DNA of 59,401 nt, counting the filler, from Dugesia japonica (taxonomy: Eukaryota): the NCBI GenBank assembly GCA_001938525.1. It is 5 parts of 5 records of this genome, joined end to end, with 100 filler letters (N's around TTAATTAATTAA, not from the genome) between each part and the next. Parts side by side here need not be neighbours in the genome. Positions count along the whole stretch, not along the records: positions 19,447 to 32,342 come from MQRL01603391.1; positions 32,443 to 44,105 come from MQRL01502709.1; 3 more parts are not named here. One strand, written 5' to 3'. The first letter of the stretch is position 1; every line of letters begins with the position of its first letter. The notes under the pieces are model-generated. The model did not search any database. It saw nothing but the letters and a program-made list of their open reading frames with translations, and was not told the DNA's origin. This document shows, piece by piece, positions 23,530 through 36,599 of the stretch. Position numbers and translations under genes: made by a program.

Positions 23530-25720
23530 ATCAACGAGTTCTTCCCTTTCTTGGCATTTTCATGTGACATTCGACATTGCACACATACCTCACATTTTGG
23601 TCTAGATAACGTATCTGCATTAGCATGTTGAATTCCTTTTCTATATTCCAAAATCATATCTAATTTGCTCAGATAATTAATCCATGTCTGGAATTGCGAC
23701 GTAATTGGTTTCTTTGTCGTCATCATGAAAGTTAGAGCTNNNNNNNNNNNNNNNNNNNNNNNNNNNNNNNNNNNNNNNNNNNNNNNNNNTTTGTGATCTG
23801 TTCTAAGAGTAAATCTTCTACCATACAAGTAATGTTTGAATTGTATACAGAAATAATAAACAGTTAATAACTGTTTCGTGTAATGCAGCATTCTTTTTCA
23901 TGAGTTGTCATTGAGTGTGATCCATAGGCAACAACTCTTTCTCTTCCTTCTTTATCTCTCTGTGACAATACTGCTCCAATTGTATCGAAATTGGCATCCG
24001 TATCTAATATAAATTCTTTGTTTATGTCCGGAAAACACAATATTGGTGCAGTCATTAGAGAATTCTTTAGACCATGAAAAGTATCGTTTATTTCATCTGT
24101 CCATTCTAATTTCTTGTTGCTTGGTCCGCTACACAACTGCTCTAATATNNNNNNNNNNNNNNNNNNNNNNNNNNNNNNNNNNNNNNNNNNNNNNNNNNTA
24201 TTTCATCTGTCCATTCTAATTTCTTGTTGCTTGGTCCGCTACACAACTGCTCTAATATCTTTAATTTTCTTGGGTAGTTTTCTATAAACTTCCTGCAATT
24301 CCAAACAAATTCCCAAAAAACTTCGTAATTTCTTCACGCAGTTAGGTTTGCCAAATGTTCTTATAGCTTCTATTTTAGACGGATCAGTTCTAACACCATC
24401 ACTGCTAATTATGTGTCCAAAAAACTTGATTTCACTTTGAAGAAACTGACATTTTTCCCGATTAATTTTTAGACCAGCCTTCAATATTTCCGTCAATACT
24501 CTTTTAATTACTTCTTAGTGTTGGTCTTTATTGTTCGTAAATATCAGTATGTCATCAAGATAGACCATGGCTCCATTGATTCCGCCTACCACNTTTGTCA
24601 TCATCTCTTGAAATGTCCCTGGTGCCGCTGCGATGCCAAATGGATTTCTATTAAAACAATATTGCCCGTGTTTCGTTGAAAACGCTGTTTTTTCTTGAGA
24701 TTATTCTTCGAGCTCTATTTGATAGTATGCATTTCCAAAATCTCTTGAACTGAAATATTTTGCTCTATCTAACTTGTCCAGCATTTCATCGACATTAGGC
24801 ATCGGAAAGGCTTGTCTTTTCGTTACTGCATTCAATTGTCTGAAATCCAAACATATTCTTATGTCTTTCTTTTCCTTTTTCAAAACACATATCAGTGGAG
24901 TATTCCATGGAGAGTTGCATTTCCTGATTATTCTCGAAAAGGTTTTGGATAGCTTCTTCAATTTTAGATTCTAAGTTCATTGGTTGTCTATATGGTTTTA
25001 CATTGATTGGTTCACCACTTGTGATTATTTTGTGTCTTGTTAGATGTGTGCGTCCTACATCCCATTTATCTGCCATAAAAGCATCTTCTTTACTTTCAAT
25101 TATTTTCACTAACCGTTGATTCTCTTTAATATTCAAGATATTTAAACCTCTTTTCAATCGCTCTCCTTTTTTAATTTGTCTCCCAAATTTCGTTTCAATA
25201 TTACAATTATAATTTTCGACTTTTTCATCCGTTTTGCTATTGAATTTTCACATTTTTGGAATTATCCAAATAACCTCTACATTCCTCCTATCAGATCTGG
25301 TGTCACTCTTTAAGCAACTAAAAAAGTATCTCTTTGCAAACTTCATCAATTATCACTCCGGTTTTAACTTTCCCAACAATTTCAAGTGTATTATTATTTG
25401 CACAACGCAATCTTTCATCACTCATTTCTAAATTTCCTTCTCGTAATTTATTAAAACAAGTCAAACTGATCACATTAATTCGAGCCCCTGTATCTAATAG
25501 ACATTCTACTTTATTTCCTTGAATTGATACCGTAACACTTGGTCTGCCTTGCAATTTATGGTACGAAGTATTTATTTTCTTTCCTGCTTCAACTGTTCCA
25601 ACCTATTCTACTTTTCTATTATTTGCAAAATTTTCACTCTTTAAGAACCTGTATACTTTTTCTGTAACTTTTCCTATATCATCCAACTTTTCGACTTCTT
25701 GAGGATAATACCTAACTTCA
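23530..25720 (-). mobile_element. Degenerate Ty3/Gypsy LTR retrotransposon (gag end, protease, RT, RNase H)
   Basis: CLLDTGA protease motif, RICLDFRQLN, VYLDDIL (~24550-24567), FILDTDA..IGAVLSQ, YLYGRRFTLRTDHK; multiple frameshifts. Confidence 0.93.
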
Positions 25721-26598
25721 TTTAACAATAGATGGCACCAACCAAGAGAAATGATCATTGAATAGTATTTTAAAAATCTTTATCCAGAATTAACTCAATT
25801 TCTATTGGCTCAAAATTATTAAATAATAATTATTTCCTCATAAGAATAAAGCTTTGAAAATCTTTAAGCTTTGAACACAAATAACTTGAAATACACTTTG
25901 TTAGGTAAATCTTCAATTGGTAATTCATTTTGTAACTCACAACTAATATTTTTAGACATCATTTATTTCACTACTACTCTTTTTGATTTGTTAGTTATTT
26001 CATTTATTATTATAATAGATTTTATAGAAATGAGAGATTTTAGCGTTGAATTGTGTAAATATGTAAATAATTATATTCACAGTTTGTTATGAAAATTTAT
26101 AACTAATATATGAGTCTAATGTAATAGGTTTAATTGATTTAATAAGTTTAACGGTGATTATTTTACAGAGTAAGATAATTTAGAGGATCTACGGTATATG
26201 AATGTGTTGTATGGATTGATTGATGTATTGTAGTTAATTGTATGAACAAATTCATTATATGGTTTTAATGTATGTATTGATTTTTTATGATTTCTAGTAA
26301 ATTCAAGTAATTGTTCAACGAGTTCTATGTAATTTGAAAACATTTACCAACAAGAATAAATAAGATCATATAAACATCTATAAAAACCATAAAAAATACA
26401 TACAAATTTTACAAATCATGTAAAACAAACCCTTATTTTGCTTAGTATATTTTGTATACTTGCACTCATGTTGCATTGTCTTTGTTCATGTATTGTATTA
26501 GATGTAATTATTAAATAATTATTAATGACGTAAATATATTTGGAAATTTAAATATATTGATTTAATAATATTAGTATTTCATAATTTCTAAAATTTTA

Positions 26599-27144
26599 AT
26601 GGGATCTAAAAGACAAATAATTCCATACAGTAGATTTAATAACTTTCGATTCTCACTTCCATATGAAATGTTTTTCGAAATGAAGGCAGATATATTAGAT
26701 TTTATAAGAAATAATTCAAACTTCTTCCATTGTTAGGAACCACTCAATAATGAAGGCTACCATCATTTTGATTGTTTTTGAAACATAAACAATTCTATGA
26801 CAGTGAATGCATTTAACAAAAATTAATATATTATTTTAAGTTCGGGTGTAAGTTACACAGACATTAAACTCTAGATCGATTACTGTCGAAAGAAAGACTG
26901 TCGTATAGCAAACAGTATTATGGTTACTTTGGGTACACCACTAGCAAAAATGTTGATTTCCAAGAACATATGCAGTCAAAAGATAGAACTCAATAACATA
27001 GGTGATGAGTTGACTTATATTGAAGAGCATAACCCGGAAGCTAGCAATGAACACATCAACAAACAAGCAATGATAGATTCTATCAAACTTGATAATATTT
27101 CACCACAGTATGATTTTTCTGTTGATCTAGATCAAAAACAATGA
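26599..27144 (+). pseudogene. Decayed ORF with HUH rolling-circle-initiator-like motifs
   Basis: One frame with 4 internal stops. FRFSLP (motif I-like), C*EPLNNEGYHHFDCF (motif II-like) and IDYCRK (YxxK-like). Confidence 0.4.
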
Positions 27145-27280
27145 ATTGTTTTGTTAGTATTTTAATAAGTAATTTTGGTTACTTCGTTATTTATTTTAGT
27201 AATCAATAAATTTACTCTTGTCAGGGAAAATATAATAATTTGTTTTATCGAATCAATAAATTATTTCCATCAAAACCTCA

Positions 27281-27586
27281 ATGTTCTTTATCAAATCATT
27301 AACTACAGAGGTGAAGTGAAAAAGACAATGAGCTTTCCTATACGTAAACCATGTCGATTCAAAGTCAAAAGTAACAAGCTTACAATTATATTTTTCAGAT
27401 CAGGAAATTGCAGAATAGTGAATTGTAAGAAACCATTGGAATTTCAATAAATTAGCAAGAATAGTCAAATATTAGTTTGAACTAGAGTTATTTCCTGCTT
27501 TAAGACTGGTAAAATATGATTCTTTATGTGTAAATGTGTTCTCATCAGGAAAACTAGTAATACTTGGACTTAAAAAGTTATATTGA
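27281..27586 (+). pseudogene. Divergent intronless TATA-binding-protein-like ORF (decayed)
   Basis: TIIFFRSGNCRIVNCK and FELELFPALRL...VNVFSSGKLVILGLK mirror the two TBP repeats (TALIFSSGKMVCTGAK; YEPELFPGL...LIFVSGKVVLTGAK). Confidence 0.75.
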
Positions 27587-28189
27587 ACCATTTTCAAGCT
27601 TGCATAGAAATTGAATTTCGTCAATAGATCCACTGTTAATTGCTTCTGTCAATTTTTAATTTCCTTTTCCACTTCATTCATATTGAGAATAATTTTGAGC
27701 TGTAAATGGGATTTTGTTTACCAAAACTACTGCTTATATACTCGTTACTATACATACATACTTGTTATTTGTTAGTATTATATATTTGTTAGTCCAATAT
27801 AAAATTGAGTTACAAATTTAACCAATAAGAATTCACATGAATTTGAGTTACAACTTTTATCAATAAGAATTTACGCATAAAGTACAAAATTGTTAATAAC
27901 ATAATAATATCACACAGAATCACACAGAATTCAATTAATGAAATCAATAGAAAGTTTGTTTAATCGTATTTTGAGATTGATTTGCTTTGGATATTTATTA
28001 GAATAGTACTAATCATGATAATAATAATAGTAATAATAACAATAATACTAATATCCTAGTTGTCTCAATATTAATAATGTACTGAATATAATAATAATGA
28101 TATTAACAACATATCCACGGTCATATAATAAAATAAATAAAGCAAAACACTGAAAAATATTCATGCAAAATAAAAATTAAAATCAATGA

Positions 28190-29430
28190 GCAATTCGGTA
28201 AAAGTTGGAGTCAATGATCAAAAATTCACATTTATGGTAGACCAGATCCCAACTCTTTAAAAAAGTGAAAGACTTGGTCGATAAAATTTTAGCAAACGGG
28301 GGAAAAACGAAAAAAACTCTTGTCAAAAATGCTAATAATTTGTGCAGATAGTACAAAAAGCAGAAGAGATAATCATACGAAAATTGGAGAAAGTAGAAGA
28401 TTTAAAAGAAACGTTATCATTAGTTGAAGAAATAGAAAGTAGAGAACCTATTAACGTAGTAAAGATTTACGTGGGTGTAACAAGTGAAGAACGTACCTGA
28501 GAAAGGAGACAAAATTTCGAGAGAGTTACGAAAAGAACAGAGCGACGGTGTTGAACATGCCAGAGTTATGGGCATACAAAATGAGTGTCCAAAAGGTTTA
28601 CAAGTGGAATGTTAGACTTACCACAAAAAAGGCCATTTAAGTAGAAATTGTCCAGACAAGAAACCACCAAAATGTTTTGAGTGTGGTAAGGTAGATCAGA
28701 TCAGAAGAATTTGCACAGAAATTGTATGTGGTAGATGTAACAGATCAGGTCACAGAGCGGAAGAATGTTATTCGAACAATAATAAAACAAAGACAAGAAG
28801 AAAGAAGACACCATTTTAAAAGCAAACAACAAACAAAAGATTGGAGTCGGACCAAACAAATCCATATCATGCGAGAAGAGCATAGTGATGAGAATGAAAA
28901 GATATTTTCTGGGAGCATATATAAAATGAAGATCCAAGCAAAGCAAACCCAAAAGGCAGGGCTCCATCAGTAGAGGTGTTGTTCAGAGTCATTCATTAAA
29001 CGAGATACCGTTTGAATTTCCTCAAGAGAACGAGAAATGGGATGAGACAAGTAAAGTGAGAGAAAATGCTTACATATTCCTAAAAAGAGGAAGTTTCAAT
29101 GATACGGAATTGAACAAAGCAAAAGTGATAGGAACAATTGAAGAGAAACAGAATGTAGAAATTTTGTATGATCAGATGCAAGGGAGACGTCGCCTTTCAG
29201 TGATGATCAAGGGTGAACACTTTGATTGTTTGTTAGCTAAAGTAGCAAGAATAATTGTAATGAGCATAAAAGGATTTAGTAGACTCGGAGAAACAATATT
29301 AGAAAAGACGAGGAACAATTGCTTTGCGTGAATAACAGCTCATTTGAGACAATTGGAAAGTTACGTGTGGAAGTTGTAGTTTCAGAGGTGTGCAAGGAAG
29401 TAACATTTATAATAGTAGAGAAATTAATGA
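28190..29430 (+). mobile_element. Degenerate Gypsy gag-protease fragment
   Basis: Several decayed CCHC knuckles (C.TCQSYGH, KKGHLSRNC, CFECGK, CGRCNRSGHRAEEC); MQGR..SVMIKGEHFDCLL parallels the protease at 25554. Confidence 0.82.
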
Positions 29431-29431
29431 C

Positions 29432-29575
29432 ATATCTTGATAGTATGCATTTCCCAAGTCTATTGATCTAAAATACTGTGCACTTTTTAAAGCATCCAGC
29501 ATTTCATCAACATTTGGCATAGAAAAACTTGTCTTTCTGTTATTGGATTGAGCTGTTAAAGTCTAAGCATAATCG
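29432..29575 (-). mobile_element. Gypsy RT fragment, inverted relative to the adjacent gag-pro
   Basis: QLNPITERQVFSMPNVDEMLD...IDLGNAYYQ. Confidence 0.78.
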
Positions 29576-29579
29576 TATA

Positions 29580-30600
29580 AGAATATCATTGATGACTGAA
29601 ATTTAGTGGGCAGAGCACGGAGGTTTGATAACTGAATATTAGAGAATAGTCAAAATTCGTCTAATATACAGCCCAAAAATTGACCTTTCCGAATAAATTA
29701 TCATCCTATTTTAAAGTTCTTCGTGGACTCCAAAATTAAGAACTAGTTTTTTCTTTATCAATTTTTATGTATAAGACTTGCTTATTTTATGTGATGTTTT
29801 TCGTGATCAGTGAATAATTCTCTACCGTTTATATTCGTTTATAATTACATTTGAGATACTTTTTATTTTTAATTAATTATTGAGAATTAAAAGCTTTAAA
29901 CCGTTTTCAAATCAATTTGATTTCTCAAATTTCTATCGTGTATATTATTGATCAGTGAAACATTCTCTATCTTAAAGTACTTGGGTCATTTAATTTGGAT
30001 GAAAATTATAAAAATAATTTTTTATTTATATTGATTAAACATCCTCGGGATTTTCTTTGTCAAAATTAAGTTTGACAATTTTAGATAATGTTTTTCTCTG
30101 TCAGTCGAAGATTTGTTTTATCGAATAGCTTATGATTAGTTACGATTTGAGAAAACAAAAAATTTCAAAAATTCTCGGGTTTATTTGACCTTACCGAGAA
30201 AATTTCCAACCAATTTCACCTGAACCAGCAAAACGAAATTACCATGTTCAATCTCATTGGGTAAATCATCAGCAAAATTCACCTGAGATCAATCAAAAAT
30301 TTATCTCATTCGATCTCAACGAATAAATTCAAAACCAAAAGCTTAAAAAATATTTTTACCACTAAAATGCCTAAAATTTGAAAATTATTTGACAAACTTT
30401 CCAAAATACAGTTAAAAGTTATGTAAATGATCATAAATTTTACTCGCCAGCTAAGAACACACGAAAAATAGCTTCTTTTTATCCTTAAAAAATCCAATTT
30501 CACCGATTAAATTAGTTTCATGATATAATCTGTGTGCAAAAATATTTTCCAACTAAATACACAGGAACAAATGAACTTCTCTAACATAATATTACCTAAT
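29580..30600 (+). repeat. Shortened copy of the dispersed repeat family
   Basis: GATGACTGAAATTTAGTGGGCAGAGCA, TAAATTATCATCCTATTTT and CCAACTAAATACACAGG are shared with 33006-35230. Confidence 0.65.
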
Positions 30601-31891
30601 ATATCATTTTTAATTTCCTAACTAAATACATTAGGATTAATTTGCATTACATCACTAATCCGGCGATGGATGAGGTGTTAGTGTGCAGACGTTGAATGCT
30701 ACTATCCCTCTACTTCCATACCAAAATTCGAGAACATTGTTGTTTTTTCGCTACAGGGGATGTTCCAGTCCGCTACTATCTACCTACTAATATTGTACAT
30801 ACTGAATAAAGTTATTAAGTTTGAAAATTTATCTTGTCTTTCGTCTTAATTGTCAATCTCCTTGGCATAAAATTGTCAATTTATGGAACACCATATTTTT
30901 ATTAGGATTCAGGTAATTTAATATCTTTTCATTTTCATTACTCCAGGATCCAAGACATTCAATTGAAATTGCATTCAAGTAAACTGTTCATCTCATCCTT
31001 TTTTCTGATTAAATGGTCTATATTTGTGAATATTCCTATCGCTGCTGCTTTTATATTTGATTCTGCATCATATAGAATGTTGAGATCAAGAAGCAAAATT
31101 CTTTTGAAGGTTTTTATTATTATTTGTAAATCTACTCGTAGATAGCTGTTTACAAATTCACATGTTTGATTAATAACTAATTGATGAAATGTAGACTTGC
31201 AAATAATTGAAGCTAGCAAGTCGAGAATATCATTGTCGTAATCCAGAATTTTACATTCGGCATACAGTGTCACAAAACATGAACTTGAGTTTCTTGATTG
31301 TAAGGACATTTTCTACATTTCTTAATTAAGGTATCTAGATGGCATTTAATTGCACGTTGATTGGTTTGCTCTTTTTAAAAATATTCCAATCTACAACAAA
31401 AATTGAACCATCATACAGAATTTTGTTTGAAATTCACAAAGATCCAATAGCAGTAGCAAGGCGGCCATTCTTTTTTCAATTGTAGTGCAATTGTCCAATT
31501 TTAAAAGAACCAAAATTTTGAGCTGATTAATAATAAATAAATAATTCAAACTAAATCATCGAAATAGAACGTAAATTAACGTATAATTGAAATTCTCTGT
31601 AACGCATGCAAATCTCTAGAATTATACGATTAGATAGGAAAATCTTTATTTTCGATAATTAAAACAAAATTAAATTTTCAATTTAAAATCAATAAATTTG
31701 AATTCTTCACATTTCGATAAAACAAAGCGTAGTAAAACACATCAATTTAATCAATAAACATTCAAAAACATCAATAAGCAATAATTTATTGGATTTCTGT
31801 TGTGAATTAATTGATTAATTAAAACAAAAAATCTCTCAAAAATTTATTAAAATTAAAAATTTGTTTGGTGATTGTGAAAAATTATATCAAT

Positions 31892-32266
31892 TTATTTTCT
31901 CCCTTTCCCAGAATATTCGTAGAATCCCTTGCCGGATTTCACTCCCAAATGGTTCTCACTCACTAATTTATTCAGAAGAGGAATCGGATTGAAAAGTGGA
32001 TTATCGGGAAATTTTTCATGCCAACCATCAATAATAAATTGGATTGTATCGAGACCCACATAATCAGCAAGAGTAAACGGTCCCATAGGATGGCTGGCAC
32101 CAAGGCGCATTGCTGTATCAATGTCTTCGCAAGTAGCTTCATTTCTTTCCAGCATTCTCACAGCTTCACCAAGATAAGGTACTAATAATCGATTGACAAT
32201 AAATCCTGGAGTATCCCGACACTTAACTGGAGTTTTACCGACAGATTTAGCAAATTCGAGTAACAT
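31892..32266 (-). CDS. HADH: 3-hydroxyacyl-CoA dehydrogenase, terminal exon
   Basis: [61 protein letters not shown], preceded by a CAG acceptor; upstream exons are not seen (gap/linker). Confidence 0.93.
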   Translation of the reverse strand: MLLEFAKSVGKTPVKCRDTPGFIVNRLLVPYLGEAVRMLERNEATCEDIDTAMRLGASHPMGPFTLADYVGLDTIQFIIDGWHEKFPDNPLFNPIPLLNKLVSENHLGVKSGKGFYEYSGKGRK

Positions 32267-33005
32267 CTGTTGAGAAATAAATTGTGCTCATATTATACCA
32301 ATAAATAACAATAACATCAATATTAATATTAATAATAATAATNNNNNNNNNNNNNNNNNNNNNNNNNNNNNNNNNNNNNNNNNNNNTTAATTAATTAANN
32401 NNNNNNNNNNNNNNNNNNNNNNNNNNNNNNNNNNNNNNNNNNAATCTATTCTTTCATTTAATGAAATTCTAACCAATTATTCACGAACCTAATATTTACC
32501 TTTAAAAATTAATTAAATAAATTTTCAAAGAAATTTTATTAAATCAATTAAACTTTAGAATCAACATATACAAAATTTTAAATATAATTTTAATAAATTG
32601 AAATATCTTAATTAAAACATTAAAAATTGCCCTTATTTATTTTAGTATTTACTAAATGTGAAACCATAAATAATAAAGGTTTTTCCTCTATATAATTGTA
32701 AATATTTAGGTTTATAAAGTGGTATCAATAATAAGCATAAAGATAAAAGTTTAAATATTCACTTCTTATTGTATTTTANNNNNNNNNNNNNNNNNNNNNN
32801 NNNNNNNNNNNNNNNNNNNNNNNNNNNNNNNNNNNNNNNNNNNNNNNNNNNNNNNNNNNNNNNNNNNNNNNNNNNNNNNNNNNNNNNNNNNNNNNNNNNN
32901 NNNNNNNNNNNNNNNNNNNNNNNNNNNNNNNNNNNNNNNNNNNNNNNNNNNNNNNNNNNNNNNNNNNNNNNNNNNNNNNNNNNNNNNNNNNNNNNNNNNN
33001 NNNNN

Positions 33006-35230
33006 AAGTAAAAAATATAGAACGGGATAAATAATTAAATGATAATTAAACAGTATATTTACCACTAGTGAAGAGTAAAGACCTGCAAAGAGTAAGAAAA
33101 TCATTTATAACTAAAAATCAATGCGCAGTAAGCAGAGCACTGATAGCTGAAAACTAGTGGACAGAGGATTGATAACAGAAATATGGTCAGATCCCAGAAT
33201 ATTAAAATCTAGCGGGCAGAGCACAGATAACTGAAATTTTAGTGGCAGAGCAATGATGACTGAAATCTAGTAAGCAGAGCATAGTTGGCAGAACATTGAT
33301 GACTAAAGACCAATGAAGAGTAAATTATCATCTAAAATAGTTAAACCAACCGAAAGTAGATAGAATCAAATAAATTATCATCCTATTTTTATATGTTCCT
33401 CGCGGATTTCCATATTAAAAACTTGTTGTTTCAATATAAATTTTTATTTATAAGATTTGGTGACTTTTTACCATGTTATTTATATTTACCTTAAAATTTC
33501 CTATCCAATATTATCAATTTCGATTAACTTTGAGGTACATTTTATACTTTCGAAAAATGAAACCAAATCTGGGACGTCGGCTGTACATATTCGTTAGGAA
33601 TAATTTTTCCCGAGACAATATTTTAACTTTGTACAGTCACGTTTTCTTCCTGAGTAAAATGATACCAAATTTGAAACCATACGAGTTATCTACACAGAGA
33701 AAATTGAGTATAAAAATTCAAAATTTGAGATTTTTTCATCACAAAACTTCACTTATTTCTTCGAGTATTAAATTTGGCGATTTTAGGTTAACATATTTGT
33801 AATCAGCGAATTTTTTTCTGTCGAATAGATACTTTCTTAACTTTTTTAAGAAAAAATATTTTTTTGAAACGTTTTTATTTGTGTAAAATAATCACCGTAA
33901 AATTCTCTGCCGTTTGGTATAAAAATCTTTGAAATCTAAGATATAGAACATATTTTCTCAAAACTTTAGACTGTTCACCCAGACCCCATAAAGATTTCAT
34001 TTAAAAAATTCGAAATTTTCATATTATTTAAACAAGATGAATGGTTTGTTCGGATTCCATAAAAAATTCCCATAAANTAATTTTTAAANAACTTGAAAAT
34101 TTAAACAAATTTAACTTTTCACATGAATTTCCTTAAAATTCAATCGAAACTGGCCAGACCGAGAAAATTATTATTCAAATTTTCCTAAAATTTACCCTTG
34201 TGAGAAAATAATTTCCCAAATCGTCCAAAACCTACCAAAACAGACTAATGTCAGAATAATTTGACCAATATTACCTAAACCGAGTAAATAATTGACCAAA
34301 TTATCCAAAACCAACACAAATTAACCATTTATGAGGAAATAATTTACCAAATTAACCTAAAAATTACCAAAATTTTCTATTCCTGAGAAAATCTTCAACC
34401 AATTCTCCCCAAANATTACCAATTTCGAGAAAAAATTGGACCAATTTATCAAAACATTACCCAAACCGAGCAATCATGAGAAAATATTGGACCGAATTCA
34501 TCTAAACCAACTAAAAATTGACCTTATTTGACCTCACCGAGAGAAGTTAGGACAAAAATCAGCTAAAACCAATCTAGAAATTACCAAAATTGACCAATCC
34601 TGAGGAAATATTCAGTCAAATACCCTAAAATAACCTAAAACCGACCAAGTTTGTCTAAATTGATAAAATCCGAGGAAATATTTGACCAAATTAACCTGAA
34701 CCAACCAAAAATTGGCCTTTTTCGACCTCACCAAGGAAAATTTTAACCAATTTCACCTAAATCACTCAAAAATTACCAATCCCGAGAAAAACTTTGACCA
34801 AAACGCCCAAAACTTACCCAAACAAAGAAATTTCGAGGAAATAAGTAACCAAATTCACCTGAACCAACTAAAAATTGGCATTATTTGACCTCACCAAGAA
34901 AAAATTCAACAAATTTCGCCTAAATCACCCAAAAATTACGAATCCTGGGGAAATATTAGACCAAAACGCACAAACATTACCCAGACCAACTAATCCTGAG
35001 GAAATAATTGAACAATCGCCCAAAAATTACCTAAACCAACCAAATTTTCTCAAACTGCTCAAACACGAGGAAATTTTCAACCAAATTTACTTGAACCAAT
35101 GAAAAATTGACCTCATTTAACCTCACCGAGCAAATTCATAACTAAAAAGCCTAACAATATTGCCGCTTAATAAGCCTAAAACATTTTCCCAACTAAATAC
35201 ACAGGGAAAAATGAAAAACGGTTACCGCCT
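33006..35230 (+). repeat. Dispersed ~2.2-kb repeat with a ~28-bp array (33120-33320) and a long degenerate minisatellite (34150-35130)
   Basis: CAGAGCACTGATGACTGAAATCTAGTGG-like units; inverted homology to 400-1780. Confidence 0.75.
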
Positions 35231-35342
35231 AAAAANNNNNNNNNNNNNNNNNNNNNNNNNNNNNNNNNNNNNNNNNNNNNNNNNNNNNNNNNNNNNNNNN
35301 NNNNNNNNNNNNNNNNNNNNNNNNNNNNNNNNNNNNNNNNNN

Positions 35343-36156
35343 CAACTAAATACACAGGGAAATACTAAAACAGTTGCGTAATAATCTCGCGACGAAATTA
35401 ACTACATTATGTAATGTACACAAATGTGTGCCACCGTCTATTTACATTAGAAAAATACAAAAACACTTATGTAATAAGCCGATTACGTAAAGGGGGCGGC
35501 GAGGGGGGGCTTACCAAATGTGTGCTGTTCTTGACTGCCACTATCCATCTACTAATTAGTCATAAGTATGACTCAACGTTTTTAAAAAATAAAAGTTTTT
35601 TAAATTTTTTATTTTTTGAAAACATACTTATATGTCCAAGAAAATTTGTGAATGTTTTTCTTTGTTTTACTTTCGTTTGTATGGCACTTTCTTTGTTAAA
35701 CTTGCAACTGTATTGCATGNNNNNNNNNNNNNNNNNNNNNNNNNNNNNNNNNNNNNNNNNNNNNNNNNNATGACATAATTTGTGTGCAAAATGTTTTCCC
35801 AACTAATTACACAGGGAAATACTAAAACAGTTGCGTAATAATCTCGCGACGAAATTAACTACATTTTGTAATGTACACAAATGTGTGCAACCGTCTATTT
35901 ACATTAGAAAAATACAAAAACACTTATGTTATAAGCCGATTATGTAAAGGGGGCGGCGGGGGGGGGGGCTTGCCAAATGTATGCTGTTCTACTAATTAGT
36001 CATAAGTATGACTCAACGTTTTTAAAAAATAAAAGTTTTTAAAATTTTTATTTTTTTAAAACATACTTATATGTCCAAGAAAATTTGTGAATGTTTTTTT
36101 TGTTTTACTTTCGTTTGTATGCACTTTCTTTGTTAAACTTGCAACTGTATTGCATG
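35343..36156. repeat. Near-identical direct duplication (~370 bp) across an N gap
   Basis: 35343-35719 vs 35800-36156, with a small indel and a G-run difference. Confidence 0.85.
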
Positions 36157-36252
36157 CGTATTACTCACACAAAATTAATAGATTTATTTAAACAAAGAGC
36201 AGTAGCATTATAAACAATGTATTAAATTATATATTTATAAAAAATTGAGTTG

Positions 36253-36325
36253 AGAAATTATGCTGTTTATCAAATTGTTGGTCCAAGCGGAAGCGGTTAA
36301 ACCTTATTTGCTAAAATTAAAATTA
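36253..36325 (+). pseudogene. Isolated P-loop NTPase fragment (Polinton packaging ATPase-like)
   Basis: RNYAVYQIVGPSGSG*TLFA is a Walker A motif with the Lys codon mutated to TAA. Confidence 0.45.
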
Positions 36326-36599
36326 GCGGCTGTTATCATCTTTTTGAAATTTCTTTGTTTAATAACTTTTTATGACGATGTCAGCAGAACATTTTAATAC
36401 ACCAATTTGTCTGCCAATGCAAAGCGCGTCGTTCAAAATTAAATGCGGCGTGATATCATGTGTCTACTTGGAATTGTTTCTTTGTTTCCATTTTTCAACC
36501 GGAAGGAAGCATATTAGAATACAAGTTAATAAGATATTCCTTGCTTACTTTTTAATTTTACATCCAACCATAAATTTTTATCCAAATCGGTAATCCCTA

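Noticed and set aside
24089-24258. 60-bp direct repeat in the Gypsy RT (similarly 38575-39057)
   Set aside because: Same sequence on both sides of an N gap; most likely unmerged contig overlap.
34875-35102. 75-aa ORF with repeated NPEEI-like motifs
   Set aside because: Lies within a degenerate minisatellite; neighbouring units contain stops.
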